From: Niveibacterium sp.
GTDB lineage: Bacteria; Pseudomonadota; Gammaproteobacteria; Burkholderiales; Rhodocyclaceae
Reading direction: 5' to 3'
Assembly: GCA_031554255.1 (NCBI GenBank)
Contig: JAVBKC010000020.1
Location: 2,120 to 66,119, forward strand
DNA length: 64,000 bases
Within the stretch, counting starts at the first letter, position 1; each line of letters begins with the position of its first letter. This document shows, in pieces, positions 1-9,427 of this stretch. A program made the translations under genes and the position numbers. The notes under the pieces are model-generated. The model was not told the DNA's origin. It ran no database searches and saw only the letters and a program-made list of their open reading frames with translations.

Positions 1-801
1 TTGCAGCGTCGAACCTAAGCATTTGACGAGTTCGGTCTTCGCGCCGCGCAAAAGCCCCGCAAACTGGTATTCGGACAAACTATCCGGCACCGGCGTCACG
101 GCCGCAAGGATCGTCGCCGGATCGCAGCCGAGCACCACGGCGAGCGGGAAAGGCTCGCCCGGAAAGCGCTGCTGATGCTCGCGAAAATCCAGCGCCCCGC
201 CGCGATGCGCCAACCAGCGCATGATCACGCGGTTCGGCGCCAGCACCTGCTGGCGGTAGATACCGAGGTTCTGGCGCGGCTTGTCCGGACCGCGCGTCAC
301 GACGAGCCCCCAGGTAATCAGCGGCGCCACATCGCCCGGCCAGCAATGCTGGATCGGCAAGCGCGCAAGATCGACATCCGGCCCCTCCCACACGATCTCC
401 TGGCATGGAGCCGAGCCGACTTCCTTCGGGCTCATGTTCATGACCTGGCGGAAGACCGGCAGCTTCTCCCAAGCATCCCTAAGACCGCGCGGCGGCTCGG
501 GTTCCTTGAGAAAAGCGAGCAACTTGCCGATTTCGCGCAAAGCAGGCTTCCAGTCACCCTCCTCGCCCATGCCGAGCGCGACGCGGCGCGGCGTGCCAAA
601 GAGGTTCGCAAGCACCGGCATGCTGTGCGCGCCAAACTCGCCCTGCGGATTTTCGAATAGCAAGGCCGGCCCGCCCGCCCGCAGCACGCGGTCGGCGATT
701 TCGGTCATCTCAAGCCGCGTGCTGACCGGCAGCGTGATGCGCTTGAGTTCGCCAAGCGCTTCGAGTTGGGCGAGGAATTCGCGCAGATCCTTATATTTCA
801 T
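1..801 (-). CDS. ubiD: UbiD-family decarboxylase (4-hydroxy-3-polyprenylbenzoate decarboxylase), N-terminal part; the gene runs off the left edge of the window
   Basis: Absent from the ORF track because it has no stop inside the window. My own minus-strand translation from the ATG (complement of cat at 799-801) gives [54 protein letters not shown]...[21 protein letters not shown], the classic UbiD N-terminus. It lies downstream of ubiC-ubiA on the same strand. Confidence 0.9.
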   Translation of the reverse strand, partial: MKYKDLREFLAQLEALGELKRITLPVSTRLEMTEIADRVLRAGGPALLFENPQGEFGAHSMPVLANLFGTPRRVALGMGEEGDWKPALREIGKLLAFLKEPEPPRGLRDAWEKLPVFRQVMNMSPKEVGSAPCQEIVWEGPDVDLARLPIQHCWPGDVAPLITWGLVVTRGPDKPRQNLGIYRQQVLAPNRVIMRWLAHRGGALDFREHQQRFPGEPFPLAVVLGCDPATILAAVTPVPDSLSEYQFAGLLRGAKTELVKCLGSTLQ

Positions 802-851
802 CGTATCGAAACCATTTTAAAATGCCGCCCACGCGCGCCGGGGCACACAAC

Positions 852-1754
852 TCAACCGCCAGACGCACCCATCGGATACAGCCAGTAATCGATTGCCAGG
901 CCCGCAAAAATCGCGCCGCCCAACCAATTGTTATGCATAAAGGCGCGAAAACAGCGCGTGCGGTCGCGTTCACGGATCAACGTGAAGTGGTAAAGCGCGC
1001 AAGCGCCGGCTACCGCTATTCCAAAGTAGAAAACCCAGCCACGGCCAAAATGGTGTCCGACCCAGGCAAAGAGCGCGAGCGCCACGGCATAGCAGATCAT
1101 GATGGCCGCAACATCGAAGCGGCCAAAGGTGATCGCCGAGGTCTTGATACCGATTTTCAGATCGTCGGGCCGGTCTACCATTGCGTACTCGGTGTCGTAG
1201 GCCACCGCCCAGACGACGTTGCCGAGCAGCAATAGCCATGCGGCAAGCGGCACCTCGTACCAAATCGCGGCAAAAGCCATGGGTATACCGAAACCGAAGG
1301 CAATCCCGAGATATGCCTGTGGAATCGCGAGGAAACGCTTGGTGAAGGGATAGCTCGCAGCGAGAAACGCCGCCGGAATCGAGAGCCACAGCACGAGCCG
1401 GTTCAGCGGCAAAATCAGCAGAAGGGCACACAGCGCGAGCACGGTAGCTAGCAGCAGCGCCTCGCGCGTCGAGACGACGCCGGTGGCGAGCGGCCGATTG
1501 CGCGTACGCTCGACCTTGCCGTCGAAATCGCGATCGGCATAATCGTTTACGACGCAGCCGGCCGAACGCATCAACACCGTGCCAAGCACGAAGATCCAGA
1601 CTAAGAAAGGGCTGGGGCGTCCATCGCCAGCGAACCAGAGCGCCCATAGCGTCGGCCAGAGCAGCAGCAAGATGCCGATCGGCTTATCGAGCCGCATCAG
1701 TTTTTCGTATTGGCTAAGTTTTTCTGTGATTTTGCTATTTTTTGTCACGATCAC
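852..1754 (-). CDS. ubiA: 4-hydroxybenzoate polyprenyltransferase
   Basis: 300 aa, multi-TM. Contains [21 protein letters not shown] and the NDYADRDFD prenyltransferase Asp-rich motif. Apparent GTG start. Confidence 0.93.
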   Translation of the reverse strand: MIVTKNSKITEKLSQYEKLMRLDKPIGILLLLWPTLWALWFAGDGRPSPFLVWIFVLGTVLMRSAGCVVNDYADRDFDGKVERTRNRPLATGVVSTREALLLATVLALCALLLILPLNRLVLWLSIPAAFLAASYPFTKRFLAIPQAYLGIAFGFGIPMAFAAIWYEVPLAAWLLLLGNVVWAVAYDTEYAMVDRPDDLKIGIKTSAITFGRFDVAAIMICYAVALALFAWVGHHFGRGWVFYFGIAVAGACALYHFTLIRERDRTRCFRAFMHNNWLGGAIFAGLAIDYWLYPMGASGG

Positions 1755-1881
1755 TCACGCCAGGGCGTGCGGGTAGGCACCATCGGGAAGCGGGGAGACT
1801 ACCAGACCGGCAATACGGTGGCGGAAATCCTGGAATCGGTTCGCAAAACGCCACGGCGTCTTCGCGGATGAACATCGAATC

Positions 1882-2487
1882 CTACGACCGACGCCGCCTT
1901 CCGCGTTCCGGGCATTCTGCGGCAAGGTCATCGAGCTCAAGCAGCGCCGGCAGCAGGACTTCGGTGACGAGCAAGGGCCGACCGCGCCGCAAGAACACCG
2001 AGCGACGCGCCCACAGCCTCGCAGGCGGCGTGGCGGGAATTGCCCGCGCAGCGAGCCGCCAGCGCGGGTCGCCGGCTTTCAGTTGGCGAAAGTGCAGCCG
2101 GCCGCGCGTGACGGCCGGGTCGGCGAAGAGCACGCTGCCCAGAGGCCGCGTGCCGAGGCCTGCGACGAGGTGCCAGGCGCCGCGCACATGGCGCGGCAGA
2201 ACGATCGAGTGGCCGAGGACGACGGGCACGCCGTCGGCCACGAGCAGCACTTCGCGGATCAGCGCGACCGAATGCGCGCGCAGGCCGAGCACGGCGAGTT
2301 CGTCGCTTTGCGCGCGCGCCACGCGCTGACGCAGCACGCGCACTTCGAACGTTTTGCAACGGGCGCGGATTCTCGCAGTCAGCGAAGCGCGATTTTCGAG
2401 CCAGTCGCGCAAGGGATCGTTCGCGGCAAGCGGAACGGTCCCGCGCCAGCGCTCGCATGGCGGTTGGTAGGGTTTGCGGATTCTCAT
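1882..2487 (-). CDS. ubiC: Chorismate pyruvate-lyase
   Basis: C-terminal 201 aa of track ORF 1882..2883. Contains DPLRDWLENRASLTARI...REVLLVADGVPVVLGHSIV...LLVTEVLLP, typical of UbiC, and lies immediately upstream of ubiA. Start chosen at MRIRKPYQ (cat at 2485-2487); the upstream extension is Arg-rich and looks non-coding. Confidence 0.75.
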   Translation of the reverse strand: MRIRKPYQPPCERWRGTVPLAANDPLRDWLENRASLTARIRARCKTFEVRVLRQRVARAQSDELAVLGLRAHSVALIREVLLVADGVPVVLGHSIVLPRHVRGAWHLVAGLGTRPLGSVLFADPAVTRGRLHFRQLKAGDPRWRLAARAIPATPPARLWARRSVFLRRGRPLLVTEVLLPALLELDDLAAECPERGRRRRS

Positions 2488-2648
2488 GACTGGGCACGGA
2501 TGATACCGGAGCGCAGCACGGCACCAGGAGCCCAAATCCATGCATGCTAAACTGCGGCGCCCCCGACCCGGATGGCTGTGGAATACCTCCAGCGCGTTGC
2601 GCCTAAGATAAGTTGCGGCTTGCCTGGAACAACCCGGCACATACTGAC

Positions 2649-3239
2649 ATGGACCTGATTGCCCATATTTCACAACAGTTCGAAGAGAGCGCGCAGGCCA
2701 AACTTGCCGCAATCGAACTCCTCGCGCCGCCGCTTGCGATGGCGGTCGAAACCCTGACTCAGAGCCTGCTCGCCAACGGCAAGATCCTCGCATGCGGCAA
2801 CGGCGGCTCGGCCGCCGCCGCGCAGCATTTCGCCGCCGGAATGGTAGGCCGCTTCGAGCGCGAGCGCCCAGAGCTTGCCGCAATCGCGCTCACGACAGAT
2901 TGCTCGACGCTAACCGCAATCGCCAACGATTACGCCTTCGAACAGGTCTATGCCAAACAGGTTCGCGTACTGGGCCAGCCGCACGACGTGCTGCTCGCGT
3001 TGTCAAGCTCCGGCAACTCACCCAATATCGTCGCCGCAATCGAAGCCGCGCATCAGCGCGAAATGCGCGTGGTGGCGCTGACTGGCAGGGGCGGCGGGCG
3101 CGTCGGCGAAATACTGCGCGAGGCCGACATCCACCTTTGCGTGCCGCACGAGCGGACCGCGCGCATTCACGAAATCCATATTCTCGCCATTCATTGTCTG
3201 TGCGATGGCATCGACAACCTTTTGCTGGGGGACGCATGA
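2649..3239 (+). CDS. diaA: SIS-domain phosphoheptose-isomerase-like protein (DiaA/GmhA family)
   Basis: Contains GKILACGNGGSAAAAQHFAAGMVGRFERERP...LLALSSSGNSPNIV...VVALTGRGGG, the SIS fold motifs. Followed by a BON lipoprotein as in the diaA-yraP arrangement. Start taken at MDLIAH. Confidence 0.8.
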   Translation: MDLIAHISQQFEESAQAKLAAIELLAPPLAMAVETLTQSLLANGKILACGNGGSAAAAQHFAAGMVGRFERERPELAAIALTTDCSTLTAIANDYAFEQVYAKQVRVLGQPHDVLLALSSSGNSPNIVAAIEAAHQREMRVVALTGRGGGRVGEILREADIHLCVPHERTARIHEIHILAIHCLCDGIDNLLLGDA

Positions 3240-3868
3240 AGTTCAAGACGATTCTCACCGCCGCGCTGCTCGCGGTTTCGCTGCCTGGCTGCATTCCGCT
3301 CGTCGCCACGGGCGCCGCCGTCGGCGTAACCTCGACGATAGACCGCCGCTCCTATGGCACGCAGATCGAGGACAGCACAATAGAGACGCGGCTCTCGAAC
3401 CAGATCTCGGCCAATCTGATTGGCGCAGCCCGCGCCTCGGTCACGAGTTATAACCGCATCGTGCTGCTCACGGGCCAGGTGCCCAACGAAGACTCAAAGA
3501 CGCGCGCCGGCCAACTCATTAGCGCGATCCAGAATCCCGTACGCGGCGTTCACAACGAAATCGTCGTCGGCCCGAATGTTTCGGTCGCCACGCAGACGAG
3601 CGACACTTATCTGACCTCGGCAGTCAAGACACGACTGCTCGGCGCCAATGGCGTAAGCGGCAATCAACTCAAGGTCGTCACCGAAAACAGCGTCGTTTAT
3701 TTGATGGGCATCCTCACGCAGAGCGAGGCCAATATCGCTTCGAATATCGCGGCCACGACGAGCGGCGTCGTGCGCGTCGTAATGCTTGCGGAAATTATTT
3801 CGCCCGCACAGGCCAAACAACTCGACGCCCCCCAGCAGAACGCGCAACCCACGCAGCAGCAACCCTGA
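3236..3868 (+). CDS. BON-domain lipoprotein (DolP/YraP/OsmY-like)
   Basis: MKFKTILTAALLAVSLPGC lipobox, followed by two BON-like segments (VTSYNRIVLLTGQVPNE..., VVTENSVVYLMGILTQSEA). ATGA-type overlap with the upstream SIS gene. Confidence 0.8.
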   Translation: MKFKTILTAALLAVSLPGCIPLVATGAAVGVTSTIDRRSYGTQIEDSTIETRLSNQISANLIGAARASVTSYNRIVLLTGQVPNEDSKTRAGQLISAIQNPVRGVHNEIVVGPNVSVATQTSDTYLTSAVKTRLLGANGVSGNQLKVVTENSVVYLMGILTQSEANIASNIAATTSGVVRVVMLAEIISPAQAKQLDAPQQNAQPTQQQP

Positions 3869-3891
3869 CGAATTAATGCCTACCCAAGCAT

Positions 3892-3920
3892 GGGGCTCCG
3901 TTCGCGGGGCCCTTTTTGTT
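3892..3920 (+). terminator. Rho-independent terminator after the BON gene
   Basis: gggctccg-ttcg-cggggccc stem (one mismatch) followed by tttttgtttt. Confidence 0.6.
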
Positions 3921-4027
3921 TTGTTGCGGACTGACCGGAAAACCTTGTAGAACAAGGTTTTCCTAGTCTCGCCGCGAAGTGAACATGGGAGGATTCTGAC
4001 GCGCTTGATCTTTTTTTGGATGAGGAT

Positions 4028-4046
4028 CAAAATGCGAACCGTTATC
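4028..4046. promoter_or_regulatory. Candidate Fur box upstream of bfd-bfr
   Basis: caaaatgcgaaccgttatc matches the 19-bp Fur consensus GATAATGATAATCATTATC at 12/19 positions (hand alignment). It lies about 70 nt upstream of the bfd start. bfd is Fur-regulated in other proteobacteria. Confidence 0.35.
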
Positions 4047-4116
4047 ATTTCAAATCGTTTCTTGGTCCGCAGAGTGAGAACGCTCGCTTGTGGGTCGAGG
4101 GCCGAATCACTAGGCT

Positions 4117-4371
4117 ATGTACGTCTGTGTCTGTAAAGCCGTGACCGAGCGTCAGATCGCCCAGGCTGCCCAGGATGGGGTTCGTCACCTGCGCGATCTG
4201 CGTCGTACTCTGGGAGTCGCTTCCGAGTGCGGGCGTTGTGCGCGTTGCGCGCTCGACTGCCTGCGGAGCTGTCACGGCGAAGACACACAACCCAGCCCTA
4301 GTATTCGGAGAAGCAATAATGAAAGGCGACACGAAAGTCCTGCAATTCCTGAACAGACAGCTTACGCATGA
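4117..4371 (+). CDS. bfd: Bacterioferritin-associated ferredoxin, (2Fe-2S)-binding
   Basis: [14 protein letters not shown]...ECGRCARC gives the four-Cys Bfd pattern. Directly upstream of bfr and overlapping it. Confidence 0.85.
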   Translation: MYVCVCKAVTERQIAQAAQDGVRHLRDLRRTLGVASECGRCARCALDCLRSCHGEDTQPSPSIRRSNNERRHESPAIPEQTAYA

Positions 4372-4801
4372 ACTAAGCGCGATCAACCAGTACTTCCTGC
4401 ATGCCAGGATGTACAAAAACTGGGGCCTGGAGCGGATCGGCAAACACGAGTTCGACGAGTCGATCGAGGAAATGCAGCATGCCGACAAGCTGATCGAGCG
4501 CATCCTCTTCCTCGAAGGTCTGCCTAACGTTCAGAATCTCGACAAGCTCCTGATCGGCGAGAACCTCGTCGAATGCATACAGGGCGACCTCAAGATCGAA
4601 CTCATCGTCCACACCGACCTCAAGGAAGCCATCGCCCACTGCGAATCGGTGCGCGACTACGTTTCGCGCGAAATCCTCGACGACATCCTCGAAGATACCG
4701 AAGGGCATATCGACTACCTCGAAACCCAGCTCGGCCTTATCGACCAAGTCGGACTCCAGAACTACATGCAGTCGCAGATGAAGCCGACCGACGTTTCCTA
4801 A
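4319..4801 (+). CDS. bfr: Bacterioferritin
   Basis: [37 protein letters not shown]...[18 protein letters not shown] is a textbook Bfr sequence. ATG at 4319. Confidence 0.95.
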   Translation: MKGDTKVLQFLNRQLTHELSAINQYFLHARMYKNWGLERIGKHEFDESIEEMQHADKLIERILFLEGLPNVQNLDKLLIGENLVECIQGDLKIELIVHTDLKEAIAHCESVRDYVSREILDDILEDTEGHIDYLETQLGLIDQVGLQNYMQSQMKPTDVS

Positions 4802-4817
4802 CAGCGCAACGTCCCGC

Positions 4818-4852
4818 AAAACGCCCCGGCGCTGTCCGGGGCGTTTTGTTTT
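4818..4852 (+). terminator. Rho-independent terminator after bfr
   Basis: aaaacgccccgg-cgctgt-ccggggcgtttt perfect 12-bp stem followed by gtttt. Confidence 0.8.
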
Positions 4853-4953
4853 AGGCGCTGCGCGCGACCCTATAATCGCGGCTTTGCACCCATGTTCAGG
4901 ATCGCCGCCTCGGCGTCCGGCCCTGACACCACCGACAGCACGGCAGACACCAC

Positions 4954-7539
4954 TTGGCCCAGAACAAGCAAACACCGCGTGCGGCAGCCGCCGATAGCAC
5001 CCCAATGATGCAGCAATATCTGGCGCTCAAAGCGCAGCATCCGGACACGCTGCTCTTCTACCGGATGGGCGACTTCTACGAGCTGTTCTTCGAGGATGCC
5101 GAGCGCGCGGCGAAGCTGCTGGATATCACGCTGACGGCGCGCGGCAAGTCGGGCGGGCAGCCGATTGCGATGGCCGGCGTGCCTTATCACGCGCTCGAAC
5201 CCTATCTTGCAAAGCTCGTCAAGATCGGCGAATCGGCCGTTATCGCAGAACAGATCGGCGATCCGGCCACCAGCAAGGGGCCGGTGGAGCGCGCCGTGAG
5301 CCGCATCGTCACGCCGGGCACACTGACCGATTCGGCCCTGCTCGACGACAAAGTCGACGCGCCGCTGCTCGCGGCAAACCTGATCCGTGGCCGTCTCGGG
5401 CTTGCCTGGCTCAATCTTGCCAACGGCGATTTCCGCCTGCTCGAATGTGCGCCGGAGCAACTTGGCTCCCAGCTCGAACGCCTGCGTCCGGCCGAAGCCC
5501 TCGTGCCGGACGGACTCCTCCTCGCGCAAATGGATGCCCGCGTCGCCGCAGTACGCCGGCTGCCCGATTGGCAGTTCGATGCCGATACCGCGCGCCGCGT
5601 GCTGCCCGAACACTTCGGCACGCGCGATCTCGCAGGCTTCGGCGCCGAGGCCATGCCTGTCGCGCTTAGCGCCGCCGCCGCGCTCTTCGATTACGCGCGC
5701 GCCACGCAGCGCCAAAGCCTCGCGCACATCAGCGGCCTTACCGTCGAACAGGAAACCGAATACCTGCGCATGGATGCGGCCACGCGACGCAATCTCGAAC
5801 TGACCGAGACGCTACGCGGCGAACCCGCGCCAACACTGTTCTCGCTACTCGATCTATGCGAGACGCCGATGGGCTCGCGCTGGTTGCGCCACGCGCTGCA
5901 CCATCCGCTGACCGACCGCGAACGCGCCGCGCAGCGCCACGCGGCCGTCGAAGCATTGCTCGCCGAGCAGGGCACGGCGGCCGAAGCGCTCGCGCGCATG
6001 CTGCGCGGCATTGCCGACGTCGAACGGATTGCCGCGCGCGTCTCGCTGCGCAGCGCGCGCCCACGCGATCTGGCCGCCCTACGCGACACGCTGGCCAAGC
6101 TTTCGGCCTTGCAAGAGGCGGTTCCATGCCTTGACGCGCCACTACTCGCGCAGCTCGCGCAAGATCTGGCGACACCTGCGGCCGCGACCGAATTGCTCGC
6201 GCGCGCCATCGCCAGCGAGCCGGCCACCCATATCCGCGACGGCGGCGTGATCGCCACGGGTTTCGACGCCGAACTCGACGAACTGCGCGACATCCAGGCC
6301 AACTGCGGCGCTTATCTGCTGGAACTGGAGGCGCGCGAGCGCGAGCGCAGCGGCATCGCGAGTCTCAAAGTCGAATATAACCGCGTGCACGGCTTCTACA
6401 TCGAGGTCAGCCACGCCAACACGAGCAAGATTCCGGACGACTATCGGCGTCGCCAGACGCTCAAGAACGCCGAGCGCTACATCACGCCCGAATTGAAAGC
6501 CTTCGAGGATAAGGCGCTGTCGGCGCAGGACCGCGCGCTGGCGCGCGAAAAGAGTCTGTGGGAATCGATTCTCGAACAGCTCGCCGGCGACATCCCCGCC
6601 TTGCAGCGCATCGCGCGCGCACTGGCGCTGCTCGACGGGCTCACCGCCTTCGCGCGGATTGCGGCGCGTCACGATTACCGTCGTCCCCATTTCCGCCGCG
6701 AAGCCGGACTCCATATCGAGGGCGGACGCCATCCGGTCGTCGAGCGCCAGGTGGACGATTTCATCGCCAACGACTGCGATTTATCGCCGACGCGCCGCAT
6801 GCTGCTCGTCACCGGCCCCAATATGGGCGGCAAATCGACCTATATGCGCCAGATCGCGCTGATCGTGCTGCTCGCGCACTGCGGCGCCTTCGTACCCGCA
6901 CGGCATGCCGAAATTGGCCCTATCGACGGCATCTTCACGCGTATCGGCGCTTCCGACGATCTGGCCTCGGGCCGTTCGACCTTCATGGTCGAGATGACCG
7001 AAGCCGCCGCCATCCTCAACGGCGCGACCGACAAGAGCCTCGTGCTGATGGACGAGATCGGCCGTGGCACATCGACCTTCGATGGCATGGCGCTGGCATT
7101 CGCAATCGCGCGTCATTTGCTCGACAAGAACCGCTCGCAGGCGCTCTTCTCGACGCATTACTTCGAACTCACACGGCTGTCGCTCGAACACCCCGAATGC
7201 GCAAACGTGCACCTGGGTGCGGTCGAACATGGGCATCGCATTGTTTTCCTGCACGCGGTCGAGGACGGCCCGGCAAGCCAGAGCTACGGCATCGAGGTCG
7301 CCGCGCTCGCCGGCATCCCCGCGCCTGTCGTGCGCGAAGCGCGGCGCCGCCTGCGCGCACTCGAAAACCGCGAAGCCTCGGGCGGACCGCAGGCGGATCT
7401 TTTCTGCGCACTGCCGCCCGAGGACGAGCCGGCCCCGCCGCATCCGGTGCTCGAAAAGCTCGCGAACATACTCCCCGACACCTTGAGCCCGCGCGAGGCG
7501 CTCGAACATCTGTACGCCTTGAAGGCGCTCGCCGGATGA
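4954..7539 (+). CDS. mutS: DNA mismatch repair protein MutS
   Basis: 861 aa. Contains [34 protein letters not shown], Walker [14 protein letters not shown] and [15 protein letters not shown] start as in the track. Confidence 0.97.
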   Translation: MAQNKQTPRAAAADSTPMMQQYLALKAQHPDTLLFYRMGDFYELFFEDAERAAKLLDITLTARGKSGGQPIAMAGVPYHALEPYLAKLVKIGESAVIAEQIGDPATSKGPVERAVSRIVTPGTLTDSALLDDKVDAPLLAANLIRGRLGLAWLNLANGDFRLLECAPEQLGSQLERLRPAEALVPDGLLLAQMDARVAAVRRLPDWQFDADTARRVLPEHFGTRDLAGFGAEAMPVALSAAAALFDYARATQRQSLAHISGLTVEQETEYLRMDAATRRNLELTETLRGEPAPTLFSLLDLCETPMGSRWLRHALHHPLTDRERAAQRHAAVEALLAEQGTAAEALARMLRGIADVERIAARVSLRSARPRDLAALRDTLAKLSALQEAVPCLDAPLLAQLAQDLATPAAATELLARAIASEPATHIRDGGVIATGFDAELDELRDIQANCGAYLLELEARERERSGIASLKVEYNRVHGFYIEVSHANTSKIPDDYRRRQTLKNAERYITPELKAFEDKALSAQDRALAREKSLWESILEQLAGDIPALQRIARALALLDGLTAFARIAARHDYRRPHFRREAGLHIEGGRHPVVERQVDDFIANDCDLSPTRRMLLVTGPNMGGKSTYMRQIALIVLLAHCGAFVPARHAEIGPIDGIFTRIGASDDLASGRSTFMVEMTEAAAILNGATDKSLVLMDEIGRGTSTFDGMALAFAIARHLLDKNRSQALFSTHYFELTRLSLEHPECANVHLGAVEHGHRIVFLHAVEDGPASQSYGIEVAALAGIPAPVVREARRRLRALENREASGGPQADLFCALPPEDEPAPPHPVLEKLANILPDTLSPREALEHLYALKALAG

Positions 7540-8525
7540 AGCGCTGGCCCGCGCTCGGCGCGCTCCTCATCTCCCTTGGCGCACTCCTGATCTCGCGTAG
7601 TCTGCATGCCGAGCCCTATTCTTTCGCGGTGTTCGGCGACATGCCCTATGACGCAGAGGAGCGCGCCGAGATCCCCGGCATGCTGCGCGAAATGGGCACC
7701 CTCGGCGCACGCTTCGCGGTCCATGTCGGCGACATCAAGAGCGGCAGCGAGCCATGCTCCGACGAGCTTTATGCCGATCGCAAACAACTCTTCGGGCAGG
7801 CGCTGCTGCCGGTGATTCTCGTCCCAGGCGAAAACGACTGGCTCGCGTGCCAGCGCAGAACCACTGGCAAGCACGATCCCGCCGAGCGCCTGCAAACGCT
7901 GCGCGATATTTTTTTCAGTAAATCGGTTATCGCGGCAACCACCGGTCTCGTGGTCGAACAGCAGGGCCAGGTCGACTTCGCTTTCGGCGCCAATATGGAG
8001 CATCTGCGCTGGCGTCAGGGTCCGGTGCTCTATTTCACGCTCAACGTGCCGGGCAACAACAATAACTGGGGCAACGGCGCAATCGGCAGCCAGGAATATC
8101 AAACGCGCATGGCCGCCGCGCGCGACTGGATAGAAAAAAGCTTCATGCTCGCCGAACGCGAAGCGCTGCGTGGCGTCGTGATCCTCGCCCATGCCGACCC
8201 GGATTTCGAAGCCTGGGCCGAGGACAAGCCGGCGCGCGGTTTTAGCGAATTGCTCGGCGCGCGGCGCCGCGCGCTCGACACCTACAAAGGCGAAATCCTG
8301 TATATCCACGGCGATACGCATGTCATGCGCTCCGACCGACCGCTGATCGGTGCCGACGGCCAACCGATACAGCGCTTTCGCCGCGTCGAAGTCTATGGCT
8401 CGCCAATCCTGGGCTGGGTCGAATTGAAGGTCGATCCTGACGGCGAACGCCTGTTCCGCCTCGCCATCCATCCGCTACGCCCGGAAGGCGGCCAGGTCGA
8501 ACAACTCACACCCATGATGCAATGA
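7536..8525 (+). CDS. Exported calcineurin-like metallophosphoesterase
   Basis: C-terminal 329 aa of track ORF 6558..8525. Signal peptide [25 protein letters not shown], then [24 protein letters not shown] and ILAHADP...IHGDTH metal-ligand motifs. ATGA overlap with the mutS stop. Confidence 0.75.
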   Translation: MKRWPALGALLISLGALLISRSLHAEPYSFAVFGDMPYDAEERAEIPGMLREMGTLGARFAVHVGDIKSGSEPCSDELYADRKQLFGQALLPVILVPGENDWLACQRRTTGKHDPAERLQTLRDIFFSKSVIAATTGLVVEQQGQVDFAFGANMEHLRWRQGPVLYFTLNVPGNNNNWGNGAIGSQEYQTRMAAARDWIEKSFMLAEREALRGVVILAHADPDFEAWAEDKPARGFSELLGARRRALDTYKGEILYIHGDTHVMRSDRPLIGADGQPIQRFRRVEVYGSPILGWVELKVDPDGERLFRLAIHPLRPEGGQVEQLTPMMQ

Positions 8526-9259
8526 CGCCCCCAAATCATCCCCTCGAAATCAGCGAACAAGCCGGACTACGCTATCTGCATTTCGGCTCCGAATGGGTGC
8601 AAAGCGCAATGCGCGTACGCCGCCCGTTCGCGCTCGAACTCGAATACACGCGGCATATGGCGGCGGGCCTTTTGTTGCGACCCGCGCCGTGGCCGCGCCG
8701 CGTGTTGATGATCGGCCTGGGCGCAGGCTCTCTGGCGAAGTTCTTCTACCGCAATGTGCCCGGCTGCAAGATCACCGTGGTCGAGATCGACCCGCGCGTC
8801 GTAGCGGTCGCCCACGCGCATTTCCGTCTGCCCGAAGAAGACGCGCGGCTCGCCATCGTGATCGGCGACGGCGCCGAGTACATCGCGCGGCGCAGCGGCC
8901 ATTGGGACGCAATCCTCGTCGACGGCTTCGATCACAAGGCCAGCGCCGGCCCCTTCGTCACTGCACCATTCCACGCTGCCTGCCGCGCCGCGCTGACGCC
9001 GCAGGGGCTTGCTGCCTTCAATCTCTTCGGCAGGCAACGCGGCTACAAGGCGCAATTCCAGCGTCTCGCGCAGAGCTTCGACGGCCGTATCCTCGCGCTG
9101 CCCGAGTGCGCGGCCGGCAATATCGTCGCCTTCGCACGCGGCGACGCGGAAGTCTCGCTCGCTCACGACGCATTGCGGATGCGCGAAGCGCAAATCCGCG
9201 CCGCAACCGGCCTCGATCTGCGCAAGATGGTTGCGCAGATCGCCGACATCCGTTTCTAG
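8522..9259 (+). CDS. Spermidine-synthase-like class I SAM-dependent methyltransferase
   Basis: Contains VLMIGLGAGSLAKF (motif I), VVEIDPRVV and DAILVDGFD, a spermine/spermidine synthase-like fold. ATGA overlap with the upstream gene. Confidence 0.7.
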   Translation: MTPPNHPLEISEQAGLRYLHFGSEWVQSAMRVRRPFALELEYTRHMAAGLLLRPAPWPRRVLMIGLGAGSLAKFFYRNVPGCKITVVEIDPRVVAVAHAHFRLPEEDARLAIVIGDGAEYIARRSGHWDAILVDGFDHKASAGPFVTAPFHAACRAALTPQGLAAFNLFGRQRGYKAQFQRLAQSFDGRILALPECAAGNIVAFARGDAEVSLAHDALRMREAQIRAATGLDLRKMVAQIADIRF

Positions 9260-9427
9260 CCAGCATGCCGATTTCATTGTCGGCTTCGCATCGGTAGGAC
9301 ATTTGGGCATTTCACTGACTAAGATGCAGGCAGAGCCTATGCAAACGGACTGCCGGCGGCAGGACCGCGCGCGCCGCTGACCTGGAACGCTCCGGGCCGC
9401 GATCCGGGCTCCTGAACGGGGGTTCCC

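Noticed and set aside
1882-2883. Full 333-aa version of the ubiC ORF
   Set aside because: The N-terminal 132 residues are Arg/Cys/Pro-rich, would overlap the divergent SIS gene's promoter and 5' end, and are not UbiC-like. The gene was trimmed to 1882..2487.
3937-3963. Perfect 11-bp inverted repeat (ggaaaaccttg-tagaa-caaggttttcc) between the BON gene terminator and bfd
   Set aside because: I considered it as a second terminator or an operator. It has no U-tract, and I found no second copy or known consensus. It is recorded as a hairpin only.
4319-4371. 53-nt overlap between the bfd 3' end and the bfr start
   Set aside because: I considered a frameshift or mis-called stop. The Bfd Cys motifs are all upstream, and short C-terminal overlaps are common. 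There is no evidence of anything unusual.
6558-8525. 655-aa ORF spanning the mutS 3' half and the phosphoesterase
   Set aside because: The first ~326 residues are an out-of-frame read through mutS (Arg-rich). Only the part from MKRWPALG (7536) looks genuine.
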